DNA of 64,000 nucleotides from Candidatus Poribacteria bacterium (GCA_965222225.1 CBDCTK010000002.1:2016001-2080000), one strand, 5' to 3'. Shown: positions 40,430 to 51,203, counted from the stretch's first letter. The notes: generated by a model not told the origin, from the letters alone. Program-made: numbers and translations.

Positions 40430-41623
40430 TCAGAGGTGACGAGGCTGAAAACACTTCCGATACAGCGCTACAATCTCTTCTTTCGTCGGGTGGCGGGGAT
40501 TGTTAGCAGGACTTCCGCTAGCGAGTGCATCCAATGCCATCTGATCCGCCACAGCTTCAAACTCGTCCCGATTAATACCAATCTCCCCAAATCGCGGCAT
40601 TCGAAGGTCGTTGATTAAGCGTTCAGCGCTTGCGATTGCTGCGTCCGCCTGACGCATCAGAGATAATCCGTCAATTGGTTCACCCATCGCGCGAGCAATG
40701 TCGGCAAAACGGTCCGGAGCCCCAACTACGCTGTATTCCATAACATCAAGCAGCAAGACAGCATTGGATAAACCGTGGTGAACGTGGAAATAAGCCCCGA
40801 TTGGTCGGGACATTCCGTGCACGAGCGCCACAGAAGAATTGCTAAATGCCATGCCAGCGATTGACGCTGCGATCATCATTTCAGTTCGTGCCTTGATGTT
40901 TTCGCCATCCGCCCAAGCTTGACGCAGTGAACCCGAAATCATGCGGATTGCTTTCAACGCTAGAGCATTGGTAATGGGTTGCGCTCGCTTGGAAATGTAG
41001 GCTTCAATCGCGTGGGTCAGCGCATCCACTCCTACCGCACTGGTCAAATGCGGCGGAGTGGTCAGTGACAAGAGCGGATCTACTATTGCGACCTGTGCCA
41101 TCAGACATGGGCTACTGAGCATCATCTTCACGTTGTGCTCGGTGTCGGTGATGACCGTTGCTTTTGTGCACTCGCTACCGGTGCCTGCCGTGGTGGGAAT
41201 AGCGATGAGGGGAGCACCGGGGTTGGGAATCTTGTCCACTCCCATGAAATCGACCAACTCACCGTCATTGGTTAGTTTAATTGCGATACCCTTGCCACAA
41301 TCGATCGCACTTCCGCCGCCAATGCTTATGATGAGTTCGCACCCTTCGTCCCGATACTGTTCTAGTCCATCGTTGACGTTCTGCAGAGTCGGATCGGGCG
41401 TGACATCCGAGAAAAGCGATGCAGCAATACCAACGCCCCGAAGTCGGCTTACAAGCTCATCGGCGTATCCCAGTTTAACGATTCCAATATCGGTCACGAC
41501 CAACGCGGTACGGGCGTCCAACCGTTTTGCCTGTTCGCCTGCTTGCTCAGCGGCGCCAATTCCGGTGATAACAGTCGCCGGAATCATAAACGACGCTGTC
41601 GCTGGCGGTAGTTGGTTCATCAT
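40430..41623 (-). CDS. Iron-containing alcohol dehydrogenase
   Basis: GGGSAIDCGK, PTTAGTGSE, DALTHAIEAY, HG...HHG. Confidence 0.92.
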   Translation of the reverse strand: MMNQLPPATASFMIPATVITGIGAAEQAGEQAKRLDARTALVVTDIGIVKLGYADELVSRLRGVGIAASLFSDVTPDPTLQNVNDGLEQYRDEGCELIISIGGGSAIDCGKGIAIKLTNDGELVDFMGVDKIPNPGAPLIAIPTTAGTGSECTKATVITDTEHNVKMMLSSPCLMAQVAIVDPLLSLTTPPHLTSAVGVDALTHAIEAYISKRAQPITNALALKAIRMISGSLRQAWADGENIKARTEMMIAASIAGMAFSNSSVALVHGMSRPIGAYFHVHHGLSNAVLLLDVMEYSVVGAPDRFADIARAMGEPIDGLSLMRQADAAIASAERLINDLRMPRFGEIGINRDEFEAVADQMALDALASGSPANNPRHPTKEEIVALYRKCFQPRHL

Positions 41624-41644
41624 CTGCAGGATTGAATTTCAAAT

Positions 41645-43210
41645 CTAGTGGAGAAAGTGCCGAACGCCAGTCAACACCATAGCCATATCGTAGCGGTCTG
41701 CAGCATCAATCACCGGTTGATCGTTCACCGATCCCCCCGGTTGAATAATCGCACTCACTCCCGCCGCACCGGCTATTTCGACCCCATCGGGAAACGGGAA
41801 ATACGCATCTGACGCAAGCACCGATCGCTTCGCCCTTGCCCCCGCCTTGCGTGTGGCAATAATACATGAATCGACACGGCTCATCTGCCCGGCGCCTATT
41901 CCGACGGTCTTGGTGCCCTGCGCTAACAAAATACAGTTTGATTTGACATGCTTGCAGGATTTCCACGCAAACAAGAGCGATTCAATTTCTGAATCGGTGG
42001 GCGTGCGTTTGGTGACAACCTGCAACTCCCTCGGTTCAATCTCGTACCGATCACGGTCCTGAAGTAGTAATCCGCCGATTACATTGCGTGCCTGTTTGAC
42101 AGATGCGTGTTGTGATAACGTTCCCGTTGCCAAAATCCGTCGCTGTTTCACACGAGACAGAGCTTTCAATGCCTGTTCGGTATAGCTTGGCGCAATTATT
42201 GCTTCAACCTTTATCCCTGCCTTGGCGGCTTCCCGAATGGTGTTTGCCGTCTGGATTGTCACCTTGCGGTTCATACCGATTATACTACCGAATGCGGAAG
42301 TTCTATCGCATTCGAGCGCGTCGTTGAAGGCTTGCACCAAGTCCCCGCCGGTGGCTAACCCACACGGGTTATTGTGTTTAATAATCGCACATGTTGGAGC
42401 TTCAAAATCCTTGACGATCTCCAACGCGGATTCCAGATCGAGGATATTGTTAAATGAAAGCGGTTGACCACTTAGTTGCTCCGCCCACGCCGCACACGGC
42501 TCGGGCGACGTTTCAGTACGATAAAACGCCGCCTCTTGATGCGGGTTCTCGCCATAGCGAAGTTCCTGGACTTTTTCGTAGCGAAGATCCAAGACTTCGG
42601 GAAATTCACAGTCGGGGACATCTAAAGTGGTGAGATAGTGTGAAATCGCGGCGTCGTAACGAGTGATATGTTTGAAGGCTGCTTTTGCCAACCGAAATCG
42701 TGTTTCGAACGACAAACTGCCACCGTTCTCTCGAAGTTCATCGATAATATCGGGATATTGAGCAGGATTTGTAATCACGGCAATATCCTGATAGTTCTTC
42801 GCCGCCGCACGGATGAGCGTTGGTCCGCCGATGTCGATATTCTCAATCGCTTCTGCGAGTTCGACCCCCTCGCGTTGGACCGTCGCTTCAAACGGATAGA
42901 GGTTGGAAATAATCAGCTCTATAGGTTCAATGCCGTGCGCAGAAGTTTGCGCAACGTGCTCCGAATTGTCTCGAACCGCAAGTAGACCACCGAAAATCTT
43001 TGGGTGAAGCGTTTTTACACGCCCGTCCAGTATTTCGGGAAAACCCGTGTAGTCTGAGATTTCGCGAACCTGAACCCCGGCTCCGGTAAGGTAACTGGCG
43101 GTCCCACCGGTCGATAAGAGTTCGACGCCGTTCTGTGCGAGGATTTGGACCAGACTCAACAGGTCAGACTTGTCAAAAACGCTAATTAACGCGCGTCGAA
43201 TCTTTTCCAT
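41645..43210 (-). CDS. purH: Bifunctional AICAR transformylase/IMP cyclohydrolase
   Basis: GRVKTLHP, IDIGGPT, LRYGENPHQ, GAGQMSRVDS, QPGGS. Confidence 0.97.
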   Translation of the reverse strand: MEKIRRALISVFDKSDLLSLVQILAQNGVELLSTGGTASYLTGAGVQVREISDYTGFPEILDGRVKTLHPKIFGGLLAVRDNSEHVAQTSAHGIEPIELIISNLYPFEATVQREGVELAEAIENIDIGGPTLIRAAAKNYQDIAVITNPAQYPDIIDELRENGGSLSFETRFRLAKAAFKHITRYDAAISHYLTTLDVPDCEFPEVLDLRYEKVQELRYGENPHQEAAFYRTETSPEPCAAWAEQLSGQPLSFNNILDLESALEIVKDFEAPTCAIIKHNNPCGLATGGDLVQAFNDALECDRTSAFGSIIGMNRKVTIQTANTIREAAKAGIKVEAIIAPSYTEQALKALSRVKQRRILATGTLSQHASVKQARNVIGGLLLQDRDRYEIEPRELQVVTKRTPTDSEIESLLFAWKSCKHVKSNCILLAQGTKTVGIGAGQMSRVDSCIIATRKAGARAKRSVLASDAYFPFPDGVEIAGAAGVSAIIQPGGSVNDQPVIDAADRYDMAMVLTGVRHFLH

Positions 43211-43562
43211 GATTATCAAATTGTGCTTCTAAATTGTTGGAGCATAGTGAAACCGTAGGTACATAGCCTCCTAGCCGTGAGCAGCTTGCTACATCGGGCA
43301 CTCGGTATAGTTTCGACAAGGACCTTCAGCACAAGGCAAGCAGCTAGCGAAGGATTTTCTAGACCGGGACTACCTGACACAATCACACACAATGAGTGGA
43401 AAGCGCAATCAATAAAACGCTTTCTCTCATGCATATAAAGACATGCATATAAAGAAATGTGAGGCCCCCGAGCATGGCATCCTTGTCCGCGGGACGGATA
43501 ATTAAACAAACGACGCTAGGTTCCCATCACTTCCCGACAGCCCGATGTGACTCGTTATACGG

Positions 43563-43793
43563 TTATTGGGCTTCAATCGCGGAAGTAATCTGACCCGTCG
43601 TAGGAAATTCACCTGTGTCTAGCTTCGAATAAATCAAGTTCCCATTAAACGTGACTTCAAAGCATCCGCCACCACTAGGCACAAGAGCAAGTTCCTTTAC
43701 ATCGGTTCCATATTTATTGAGTAAGTCGCTCGTCATACTGACGGCTCTGGGCAAATAGTTTCAGGCGGTGCAATATTCAATTCTCAGTTCCAT
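43563..43793 (-). CDS. Rdx/SelW-family selenoprotein (CxxU) with in-frame UGA at 43761-43763
   Basis: MELRIEYCTA-U-NYLPRA...LVPSGGGCFEV...YSKLDTGEFP; RBS aggagg; missed by the ORF track as two pieces. Confidence 0.88.
43728..43745 (-). promoter_or_regulatory. Candidate bacterial SECIS hairpin
   Basis: GC-CGTCA-GTA-TGACG-A-GC beginning 15 nt after the UGA, with G in the apical loop. Confidence 0.5.
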
Positions 43794-44107
43794 TTTTATC
43801 CTCCTATGAATTTTGGCTTCATTTTGGAAAGCATAGAGGGAAGATTTGATTGATTCCCATGGCATTAATTTTACAAGAGAATTGAACGCTGCGCAAGTGT
43901 TTTTTCGGGCGCGGAGAGGACTACTTGGTGACGGGTAACCGTTTATTGTTAGGGAAAGCGGGGCGACGTGCTCTACCGCCATTTAGATGCGACTACGCCT
44001 GAGTCCGTGTTTCGGTTGTTTTTTTTGGGAGCAATCATCTATAATAACAAATGGCAGGCGATTGTCCTCAAGTAGAAGCATATTCTGGTCGGAAAAAAAA
44101 TCAAACG

Positions 44108-45511
44108 ATGGAACTTTTTGAAGCGGTTAGTCCGCTTGATTTTAGATACTACGGCGGCAACGACGAGTTTATGCGGCGGCTAATACCGTACGTATCCGAA
44201 TCTGGTTACGTGAGATATCAGGCGAAAGTTGAAGCAGCGTTGGTGCGCACACTTGCCAACCACGGAATCTGTTCGCACGAATGCGCGGATGAAGTTGAGG
44301 GTGCGGCGGAGGAAATAACTGCCGAAGAAGTCTATGAGGAGCAGACGCGAATTCGACACAATATTCGTTCGCTTGTCAATGTAATACGGCGACGGATCAG
44401 CCCTGAGGCACGTCCTTATGTACACCTGTTTGCAACTTCAGCGGATGTACTCGATACCGCAACTGCATTGCGATTTAAGGATTTGACTCAACAAATTATT
44501 CTGCCGGATTTAATCGGGCTTGAAACACAACTTATCCAACTGGCGCGCGAGCACGCGGAAACAGTGCAGATTGGGCGCACACATGGACAGCATGCGGAAC
44601 CCATTACTTTTGGGTATGCGCTTGCACTTTACGTCAGCCGAATTGGTAACAGGATTGAGTTAATAGATCAGGCAAGCCGGAATCTACGCGGTCAGTTTTC
44701 CGGAGCGGTCGGTGCGTTCAATGGCTTATCATTGATCAGCCAAAACCCGGAAGAGATTGAGGCAGATATGCTTGCACAACTCGGCTTAAAGGCATCGGAC
44801 ACGCATACCTCAACACAATGCGTTGAACCGGAATTTATCTCGGATCTGGCTTACGCCATCACGTCGGCGTACACGATTCTTGCGAATTTCTCAGACGATA
44901 TGCGGCATCTCTATCGCACGGAAATTGCGGAGGTCGGCAGAAAATATAACCCGCAGCTCGTTGGATCTTCGACGATGCCGCACAAGGTCAATCCGGAAGA
45001 GTTTGAAAATGTGAAGAGTCTTTGGAAGGCGTTCGTACCACGCATGATGACCGTGTTCATGGACGGCATATTGGAGCACCAACGCGATTTAACAAACTCG
45101 GCGTCGAGTCGTTTCCTGACCGAATTGTTCGCAGCTTTTGACTACTCAATCTACCGTTTGAAGCGCGCACTGGACGAGTTAGAAGCTAAAACTGACAATA
45201 TGCGGCGTAATCTTGAAATGAGCGCTGGAGACACGATTGCGGAACCAATTTACCTGTTGATGGCGTATTACGGATTTCCAGATGCTTATGATTATACTCG
45301 TAAGTTGGTCGCTCAGGTGCATGAGACAGGAAAAAGCCTGACGGACCTCCTGTGGACAGACGAAACGTTCAAACTGGTTCTCGAAAAATTGACGGAAGAA
45401 CAACGGGAAGCACTTCGAGATCCGACGAAATATATTGGCGCATCCATTCAACGTACGCACGCCACGTGTGATGAATGGGAAAAGCGAATCCAGCAAATAC
45501 CTCGGGTTTGA
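44108..45511 (+). CDS. purB: Adenylosuccinate lyase
   Basis: SPLDFRY, GRTHGQHA, GSSTMPHKVNP, HQRDLTNS. Confidence 0.9.
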   Translation: MELFEAVSPLDFRYYGGNDEFMRRLIPYVSESGYVRYQAKVEAALVRTLANHGICSHECADEVEGAAEEITAEEVYEEQTRIRHNIRSLVNVIRRRISPEARPYVHLFATSADVLDTATALRFKDLTQQIILPDLIGLETQLIQLAREHAETVQIGRTHGQHAEPITFGYALALYVSRIGNRIELIDQASRNLRGQFSGAVGAFNGLSLISQNPEEIEADMLAQLGLKASDTHTSTQCVEPEFISDLAYAITSAYTILANFSDDMRHLYRTEIAEVGRKYNPQLVGSSTMPHKVNPEEFENVKSLWKAFVPRMMTVFMDGILEHQRDLTNSASSRFLTELFAAFDYSIYRLKRALDELEAKTDNMRRNLEMSAGDTIAEPIYLLMAYYGFPDAYDYTRKLVAQVHETGKSLTDLLWTDETFKLVLEKLTEEQREALRDPTKYIGASIQRTHATCDEWEKRIQQIPRV

Positions 45512-45569
45512 GTGCCGATTCTCGTTTGGATCCAACCGAATTCTTTAACCTACATCCTTTGGACATGCC

Positions 45570-47477
45570 ATGACATGCCTCCACGTTATTTCCCTCCTAC
45601 TGATTCTTATTTCTCTCACTAATGGCAGGGCTATCGCTGCGATAGACCTGTACATCACTCAGCCTACTCACAATTTCACTACCACGAATCAGACTCTGGT
45701 GGTTGAAGGAGGTGTTACCTCGTCAGAACAGAACGAAATCATTGTTACAATCAACACGCCAGCAGGTGTTTCCCGTCTCTCATCAATCAGACCCTTGATT
45801 CACGCTGTCACGATGGATTTGGGTAATGTTCGGCAACTTCAAGCAGTCTTGATTCGCCCATCTATTGACCAAGCAGCCCCAACGGGGCCACAACGCATCT
45901 TCCTCACCGTTTCTCAAGATGGCACGCTATTCACCGAAGGTTACTTTGATGTTGCGGCGAGCTTAGATCCCCTCCTAGATCGGATTGTTGTGAATTTTCC
46001 GAACCCAACTGCCGCACGTTTCATTCGGATGGAACTGCTTGAAGGATGGGCGCCCGACAGAATCTTGATTGAATCGCTTGAATTCCTTGGTGATGATAAT
46101 CAAATAATCCGGCCAAGTATTAGTTCTGTATCAATCCTGCTTGACCGAACACTGGGAGCGGACATCCTTTTTTCGATTGAACTTCTCCTAAGCGAGGGCA
46201 AAAATGAGATTTCCGTTGTTGCCGCACCACTTTCCTCGCAAACCGAAGGACAAGATATTGAGACGATTTCGGTGCGATACCTTGCGGACCTTCAGAGCGT
46301 TATACCCAACGAGAATCGATTTGCGCTAAGCGATGGCGATCGAGCAAGCATCTTGGTTCCGGTTGACGCATTAGATCCCAACGTTAAAAAGATACAGTTT
46401 TTTCGTGAACCGCCGAATTACTTTGACCGATTTGACTATCAGGACAACACTCGCATTGCTCGAGGTACCTTGCCCGTACTCGTTTATCGTTTTGAAGTGT
46501 TGAAACGGGAAAACTTCGAGGTTGAAGCGACAAGTTCCCTCTCGAGTCAGCCGCCGATGTTGGCTGTGGATGGTATCTTAGAACCGCCGTCTACTTGGAT
46601 GGCAGGACTTGTCCCGCTTCCAATCCACCTGACGGTGGATCTGGGCGATTTTCATACCCTAGGTCAAATTGCAGTTCACTCCAATGTGGTTGACAATCGC
46701 TCTTTTGGTCCGCAACGTGGGACAATATTGGTTTCTAACGACAATCATGATTTCAGGGATGTATTGGATGTTCCAGCGTTCAACGATGGAGCCACAGTCA
46801 TCGAAATGCCAGCCCATATATCATGCCGGTATGTCCGCTTACTGATTACCGAGAGCATGCAGGCAAATAATGTACAATTGAACGAGGTACAATTCTTCGA
46901 TGCGTTCGGTTCAAAGATATCGAGATTTGTGGAATTCAAGCAGCTTCTGCTCGAACGCCCCGCTTTATTGGAATTCAGCTATGATCGTGCGGATTTGGAG
47001 CGCGCAGGTGTGAACCGAGAAGCCGATTTGCGGGTGTTCACATGGAATCCATCAACACACGAATGGCAGCTTGCCGGTGGTGAGGTTGACCCTGCTCGCC
47101 AAATAGTGCGCCTAGAACTCAATTATATTACCCAATTTGCGGTGTTCCAAGCGGTACCGCCACCTGAGCTTGTAGCCCGTTGGAGCCTGAACCCGTTCTC
47201 TCCGGACGGCAATGGCGTCGCGGATATCACACGATTGATGATTCCCAATTCTCGTGAAGTAGACGATGACAAACGCGAGCTCGTCGTCGAGATTTACGAT
47301 TTGCATAGTAAACTGGTTAAAACCTTGATAAATCGTTCGACTGTCATTTCAAATTCGATAAGCATTGAATGGGATGGAACAGACCGAACGGGGCGCTCCG
47401 TAGACATTGGCCCCTATATTTATCAAGTTCGTATGGGTTCGCAGATTAGCAACGGAGTCATTGTTGTCGCAAAATAA
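45570..47477 (+). CDS. Secreted discoidin/F5-8 domain protein with C-terminal FlgD/gliding-motility-type domain
   Basis: Signal peptide; two discoidin-like repeats (VDLG...CRYVRL); NPFSPDGNG...WDGTD...GPYIY tail. Confidence 0.65.
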   Translation: MTCLHVISLLLILISLTNGRAIAAIDLYITQPTHNFTTTNQTLVVEGGVTSSEQNEIIVTINTPAGVSRLSSIRPLIHAVTMDLGNVRQLQAVLIRPSIDQAAPTGPQRIFLTVSQDGTLFTEGYFDVAASLDPLLDRIVVNFPNPTAARFIRMELLEGWAPDRILIESLEFLGDDNQIIRPSISSVSILLDRTLGADILFSIELLLSEGKNEISVVAAPLSSQTEGQDIETISVRYLADLQSVIPNENRFALSDGDRASILVPVDALDPNVKKIQFFREPPNYFDRFDYQDNTRIARGTLPVLVYRFEVLKRENFEVEATSSLSSQPPMLAVDGILEPPSTWMAGLVPLPIHLTVDLGDFHTLGQIAVHSNVVDNRSFGPQRGTILVSNDNHDFRDVLDVPAFNDGATVIEMPAHISCRYVRLLITESMQANNVQLNEVQFFDAFGSKISRFVEFKQLLLERPALLEFSYDRADLERAGVNREADLRVFTWNPSTHEWQLAGGEVDPARQIVRLELNYITQFAVFQAVPPPELVARWSLNPFSPDGNGVADITRLMIPNSREVDDDKRELVVEIYDLHSKLVKTLINRSTVISNSISIEWDGTDRTGRSVDIGPYIYQVRMGSQISNGVIVVAK

Positions 47478-47633
47478 CCTTGGCCAATTTGTGTGAAAAA
47501 ATAGATTTTCTGTTTTATGTCACGATTTCCCAGATATTCGGTCGCGAATTTTCTCAATAATGCTGCGTCCGTCGTTTATGAACAGGAGAGAGTCCATGGC
47601 GCTCCGCGACGGATGGTATGAAGGAGAAAGCCT

Positions 47634-47927
47634 ATGAACACCGACGCCCAAACCACAGAAATCAGGAATCTTGTTGAACAAACACATGACATGGTAATCC
47701 AGATTGCCAAAGACCAGAACCAGATGCGTGGTGAGCTATAGCAGATTAATGAACGACTTGCTTCACTAGAGGGACGCATGACAGCTCTTGAAACTCGAAT
47801 GAGTAATCTTGAAACATGGATGAGTATGGAACTTCGAGATGTCTTCAAGTGGCTCCTTGGAATGATGATTTCGGTATGGATCGGAGTAATTGCCGCCCTC
47901 ATCATCCAATTTCTGAAGACAGGTTAA
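47634..47927 (+). pseudogene. Small coiled-coil protein with C-terminal TM helix, interrupted by in-frame TAG at 47739-47741
   Basis: RBS aaggag; MNTDAQ...RGEL*QINERLASLEGRMTALETRM...WLLGMMISVWIGVIAALIIQFLKTG. Confidence 0.6.
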
Positions 47928-47929
47928 TA

Positions 47930-48889
47930 ATGAGGAGTTGGTTCGATCGAATATCTAGTCATTTGTTCGCATTTAATTCAATCGTATGTCTACTTCTCTT
48001 TCTCGATCTCTTAATCTCCACAATTCATGCAGCCTTCGACGATCAGTTCATCGGCGCTCGCGCGTATGGAATGGGCGGGGCATCAACCGCAGTCGCAAAT
48101 GAGGCGGACGGTTTATTGGTTAACCCCGCGTCAATCTCTAACACCTCCGGACAGCAGTTCTCGGCAACAATGGCATTGTTGCATGTTGGCCTGAGTGACG
48201 AGACAAGTATTACGCAGAATCTGGTTGCCTACGCCAATTCACACCCCAAACGAGGCGCGGTTGGACTGTTGTGGAAACGTCTAAACGTGAGCCAATTATA
48301 CGCCGAAAATTATGTCATTTTGGGTGCGAGTAAGAGCTATCGAATTGGCAGCGGGGGCAACCGTCACTTTTCGATTGGTGTTTCCGGCAAGTTGCTCAAT
48401 TGGGAGACGGTACCGACTCTAGGTACAAACGGCGTAGTGCTTGAAGATTTGCCCGGGCGAAGTCAATTGAGTGTTGATATGGGTTTCATTTTTCGGTCGT
48501 CGCCGAATATTCCTATCGCTGTATCGGTACAAAACTTGAATTCACCTGACATTGCGTCATCATCGTCGCCGACAAACGAAAACCTGCCGCTACAGACAAC
48601 GCTCGGCATCGGCATTCTGCGCAGAAACTCCACCTGGGGCATGGATCTCGTATTCAGCAGGCATGAAATCGACGTGAGAGTTGGGCTGGAATATCGACTT
48701 CATGGCGACAAGCTACTGGTGCGGGGTGGATTCAGACTTGAAAATTTGGCGTGGGGAACGAACCTAACAATCGGTGCCGGTTTTAGACCAAGAGAGAGGA
48801 TGCGCATTGATTATGGGTTCGTTCTGCCCAATAGCGGTATCCAAGCAACTTTCGGCAGTCATCGGTTCAGCATTGTCTACGATTTCTAA
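47930..48889 (+). CDS. Outer-membrane beta-barrel, PorV/PorP-like
   Basis: GARAYGMGGA...NPA N-terminal motif; alternating beta strands; ends HRFSIVYDF. Confidence 0.65.
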   Translation: MRSWFDRISSHLFAFNSIVCLLLFLDLLISTIHAAFDDQFIGARAYGMGGASTAVANEADGLLVNPASISNTSGQQFSATMALLHVGLSDETSITQNLVAYANSHPKRGAVGLLWKRLNVSQLYAENYVILGASKSYRIGSGGNRHFSIGVSGKLLNWETVPTLGTNGVVLEDLPGRSQLSVDMGFIFRSSPNIPIAVSVQNLNSPDIASSSSPTNENLPLQTTLGIGILRRNSTWGMDLVFSRHEIDVRVGLEYRLHGDKLLVRGGFRLENLAWGTNLTIGAGFRPRERMRIDYGFVLPNSGIQATFGSHRFSIVYDF

Positions 48890-51203
48890 GACGCTCTTAA
48901 TCTCGATTATTCCCTTTGCCGCGTTTTGGCTTTGCTGTACGAGCATGTTTTCGCCTGCAATTGCTCAGCAAACCGACCCTCTTGGAAATCAGGTTTTCGA
49001 CAAGAGCGGCAAGGAACTCTACAAGATGCAGGCTACTTTTGGCGTACTAGAGGGAGACTCTGTTTTGCGTCGCGATGCCGAATTTCGGAAAAAGACAAGT
49101 AATCGCAATTTTTTCACTTTCGACATTCCCGCTGAAAACGTCAATCACCAACTGACCGTTGGTAATTTCCTGACAAAGTTTTCCAGCTTCACGCTGAACA
49201 AAGAACTCTTTGACGCGGCCCGGTGGAACATCACGGTACCACGTGTTGGTGGCGGCATTTCGGCGTTTGTCGCACGTGTAACAAACAATACGTTCTCCAT
49301 TCTAGGGGAGCGAACGACGCCAATCGAGGACGTTGATATCGAAAGCACGTCAGATTGGTTCATGACGGGTATGCGTGCCGAGGCGAATCTCGGCGCATAC
49401 GATTTTCGATTGGGGGCGTATCCTGAGGTAACCGTGCCATTGCCTCGCGTAGGGGTTAACTATGTGAACCGTTTTTTTACGAACTATGACCTCACGCGTG
49501 CGAACAATCCGCTACGAGGCATCACCATCAGCAATCCACCAACCGAGTTGTTTCTTCGCTTTAGTGATGCTTCACCAGAAAATTCGGGAGGTGCACGGGT
49601 TTTTCATGTCCGTGTTTTTGTCGATGGTGTACTGGAGTACAACGTGGCGGCCGGGCAGGAACCGCTAGGAATCTTAGTTCTACCAAACGATAGCAAACGC
49701 GATGCCCGTTCGCGATGGGTTGATGGCGAGGGCACATTTACCTATAGGTTCTCCCTGTTTAACCCGCAGGAAATCACGCGGGTGCAATTTGAAGTCGATA
49801 TCGCCAACGACTATCGCGTAGATTTGTCAACAGACAATCAGAATTTTCAACTAGAGCTAAGCGCCGCAGGCAATGTCGGCGACAGTTCAAATCGTGAGAT
49901 GCGTCAATTCGACTACGGCACCCTTACAGATGAAACCGCCATGGGTTTTGACCTGCAAACCACATTGGCGGGCTTTGCAGTCGAAGCGGAATGTGCTTGG
50001 TATACTCAGACACGGCAGTACCCACTAATCGCGGGAAACCGGAGCCAACGGCGCGCGAACGCTTGGTTTGTCGACATCAATCGAAACTTTGGGCCCATCA
50101 CTTGGCGAAGCGAATACACGCGAATCGCGCCTTTTTTTACAGCTGAAAATTTCGTGGACGATAATGACAATGAGGACCGATACGCCGACTCACGTGAGCC
50201 TGAAATCCTGCTGTCGGGAAACACCAAGGATGATATAGACGGCGATCGAATCAAAGATTGGGACGACGATTTTCTTCTGTTCTTCGCAGACCCGCCCCGC
50301 TTTCGCTTGGGCTTGAATCGTGAATCCATTGATTTCAACAATAACGGCGAGCCTGATAACCTTGAGGATGATGATAAACCCAACTACCGTTTCGATTATG
50401 ATGAAGGTTCGTATGGGCATAACACCTATTTCAAGGTCAATCTTCCCTTTGCGGATGGGCTCTCAATCATTCCCGGGTATTATGTTAAGCGTCTCATCCT
50501 TGAACATAAGAGTGCGAAAGGATTCTACAATGTTTTGTCCTACGCGCCCGAGCCGATTCCCCACTTTGGAACTGTTCTTTTTCGCTACACACTTCGGCGT
50601 TCCCGTGATATTATACCCGACGATGTCGTGATCCGGAGCACGGGAGAACGAATTAAGGATAACCTGGCGCTCCAAAACTATCTCGGCAATATCTTTACTA
50701 TGATTGTTAACTATCAAAACATAAAGAATCTGATGCTCACCAGCAAGTTCAAATATCAGCGTGACAACCTATTTCACACTCGGCAACGCGTTATCGACAC
50801 TGCTCTAATCAATCAGATTCGTTACGATTATGAGGTTCTAGACGACCTGACGATTGCACCCGCTTTTCGAAGCGACCGATCCATCGGTTACACTGTCCCC
50901 TTTGAAAAGGAAAGGTCAATTGATGTCCTGCGGAATGCCTATATCGTGACGTTGACCCATCAAGTTGCGGCGCAGTTGCAGTTGAGCGCTGGTGCCCAAT
51001 ATCTTACATGGCGAGATCTCAACGATTCCCGCAACGATTTTGACCGCACCGTAGGCTTTTTTGAACTTGTGTTGCAGGGTGATGCCTTTGGTCAGAGAAT
51101 GGGACTTCTCATTACCTCGGATTATGTTATTCAGAACTTCCTTGTTCCTCTCGGCGGAGGGGAACGACGAACAAACATTGGAATCTCATTGTTCCTACTG
51201 TAG
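48873..51203 (+). CDS. Large hypothetical outer-membrane protein with acidic Ca-binding-like loops
   Basis: Signal-like N-terminus (TTG start inferred), DxDGD/DxNNNG loops, beta-strand C-terminus. Confidence 0.55.
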   Translation: MSTISKTLLISIIPFAAFWLCCTSMFSPAIAQQTDPLGNQVFDKSGKELYKMQATFGVLEGDSVLRRDAEFRKKTSNRNFFTFDIPAENVNHQLTVGNFLTKFSSFTLNKELFDAARWNITVPRVGGGISAFVARVTNNTFSILGERTTPIEDVDIESTSDWFMTGMRAEANLGAYDFRLGAYPEVTVPLPRVGVNYVNRFFTNYDLTRANNPLRGITISNPPTELFLRFSDASPENSGGARVFHVRVFVDGVLEYNVAAGQEPLGILVLPNDSKRDARSRWVDGEGTFTYRFSLFNPQEITRVQFEVDIANDYRVDLSTDNQNFQLELSAAGNVGDSSNREMRQFDYGTLTDETAMGFDLQTTLAGFAVEAECAWYTQTRQYPLIAGNRSQRRANAWFVDINRNFGPITWRSEYTRIAPFFTAENFVDDNDNEDRYADSREPEILLSGNTKDDIDGDRIKDWDDDFLLFFADPPRFRLGLNRESIDFNNNGEPDNLEDDDKPNYRFDYDEGSYGHNTYFKVNLPFADGLSIIPGYYVKRLILEHKSAKGFYNVLSYAPEPIPHFGTVLFRYTLRRSRDIIPDDVVIRSTGERIKDNLALQNYLGNIFTMIVNYQNIKNLMLTSKFKYQRDNLFHTRQRVIDTALINQIRYDYEVLDDLTIAPAFRSDRSIGYTVPFEKERSIDVLRNAYIVTLTHQVAAQLQLSAGAQYLTWRDLNDSRNDFDRTVGFFELVLQGDAFGQRMGLLITSDYVIQNFLVPLGGGERRTNIGISLFLL

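Noticed and set aside
43404-43414. CGCAATCAATA as the unmutated template of the micro-element
   Set aside because: Only 11 nt match, and the flanks lack CTAT and TTGAT.
43211-43562. ZMP/ZTP (pfl) riboswitch upstream of purH
   Set aside because: The conserved GACTGGCG...GCCTGGGC elements could not be found.
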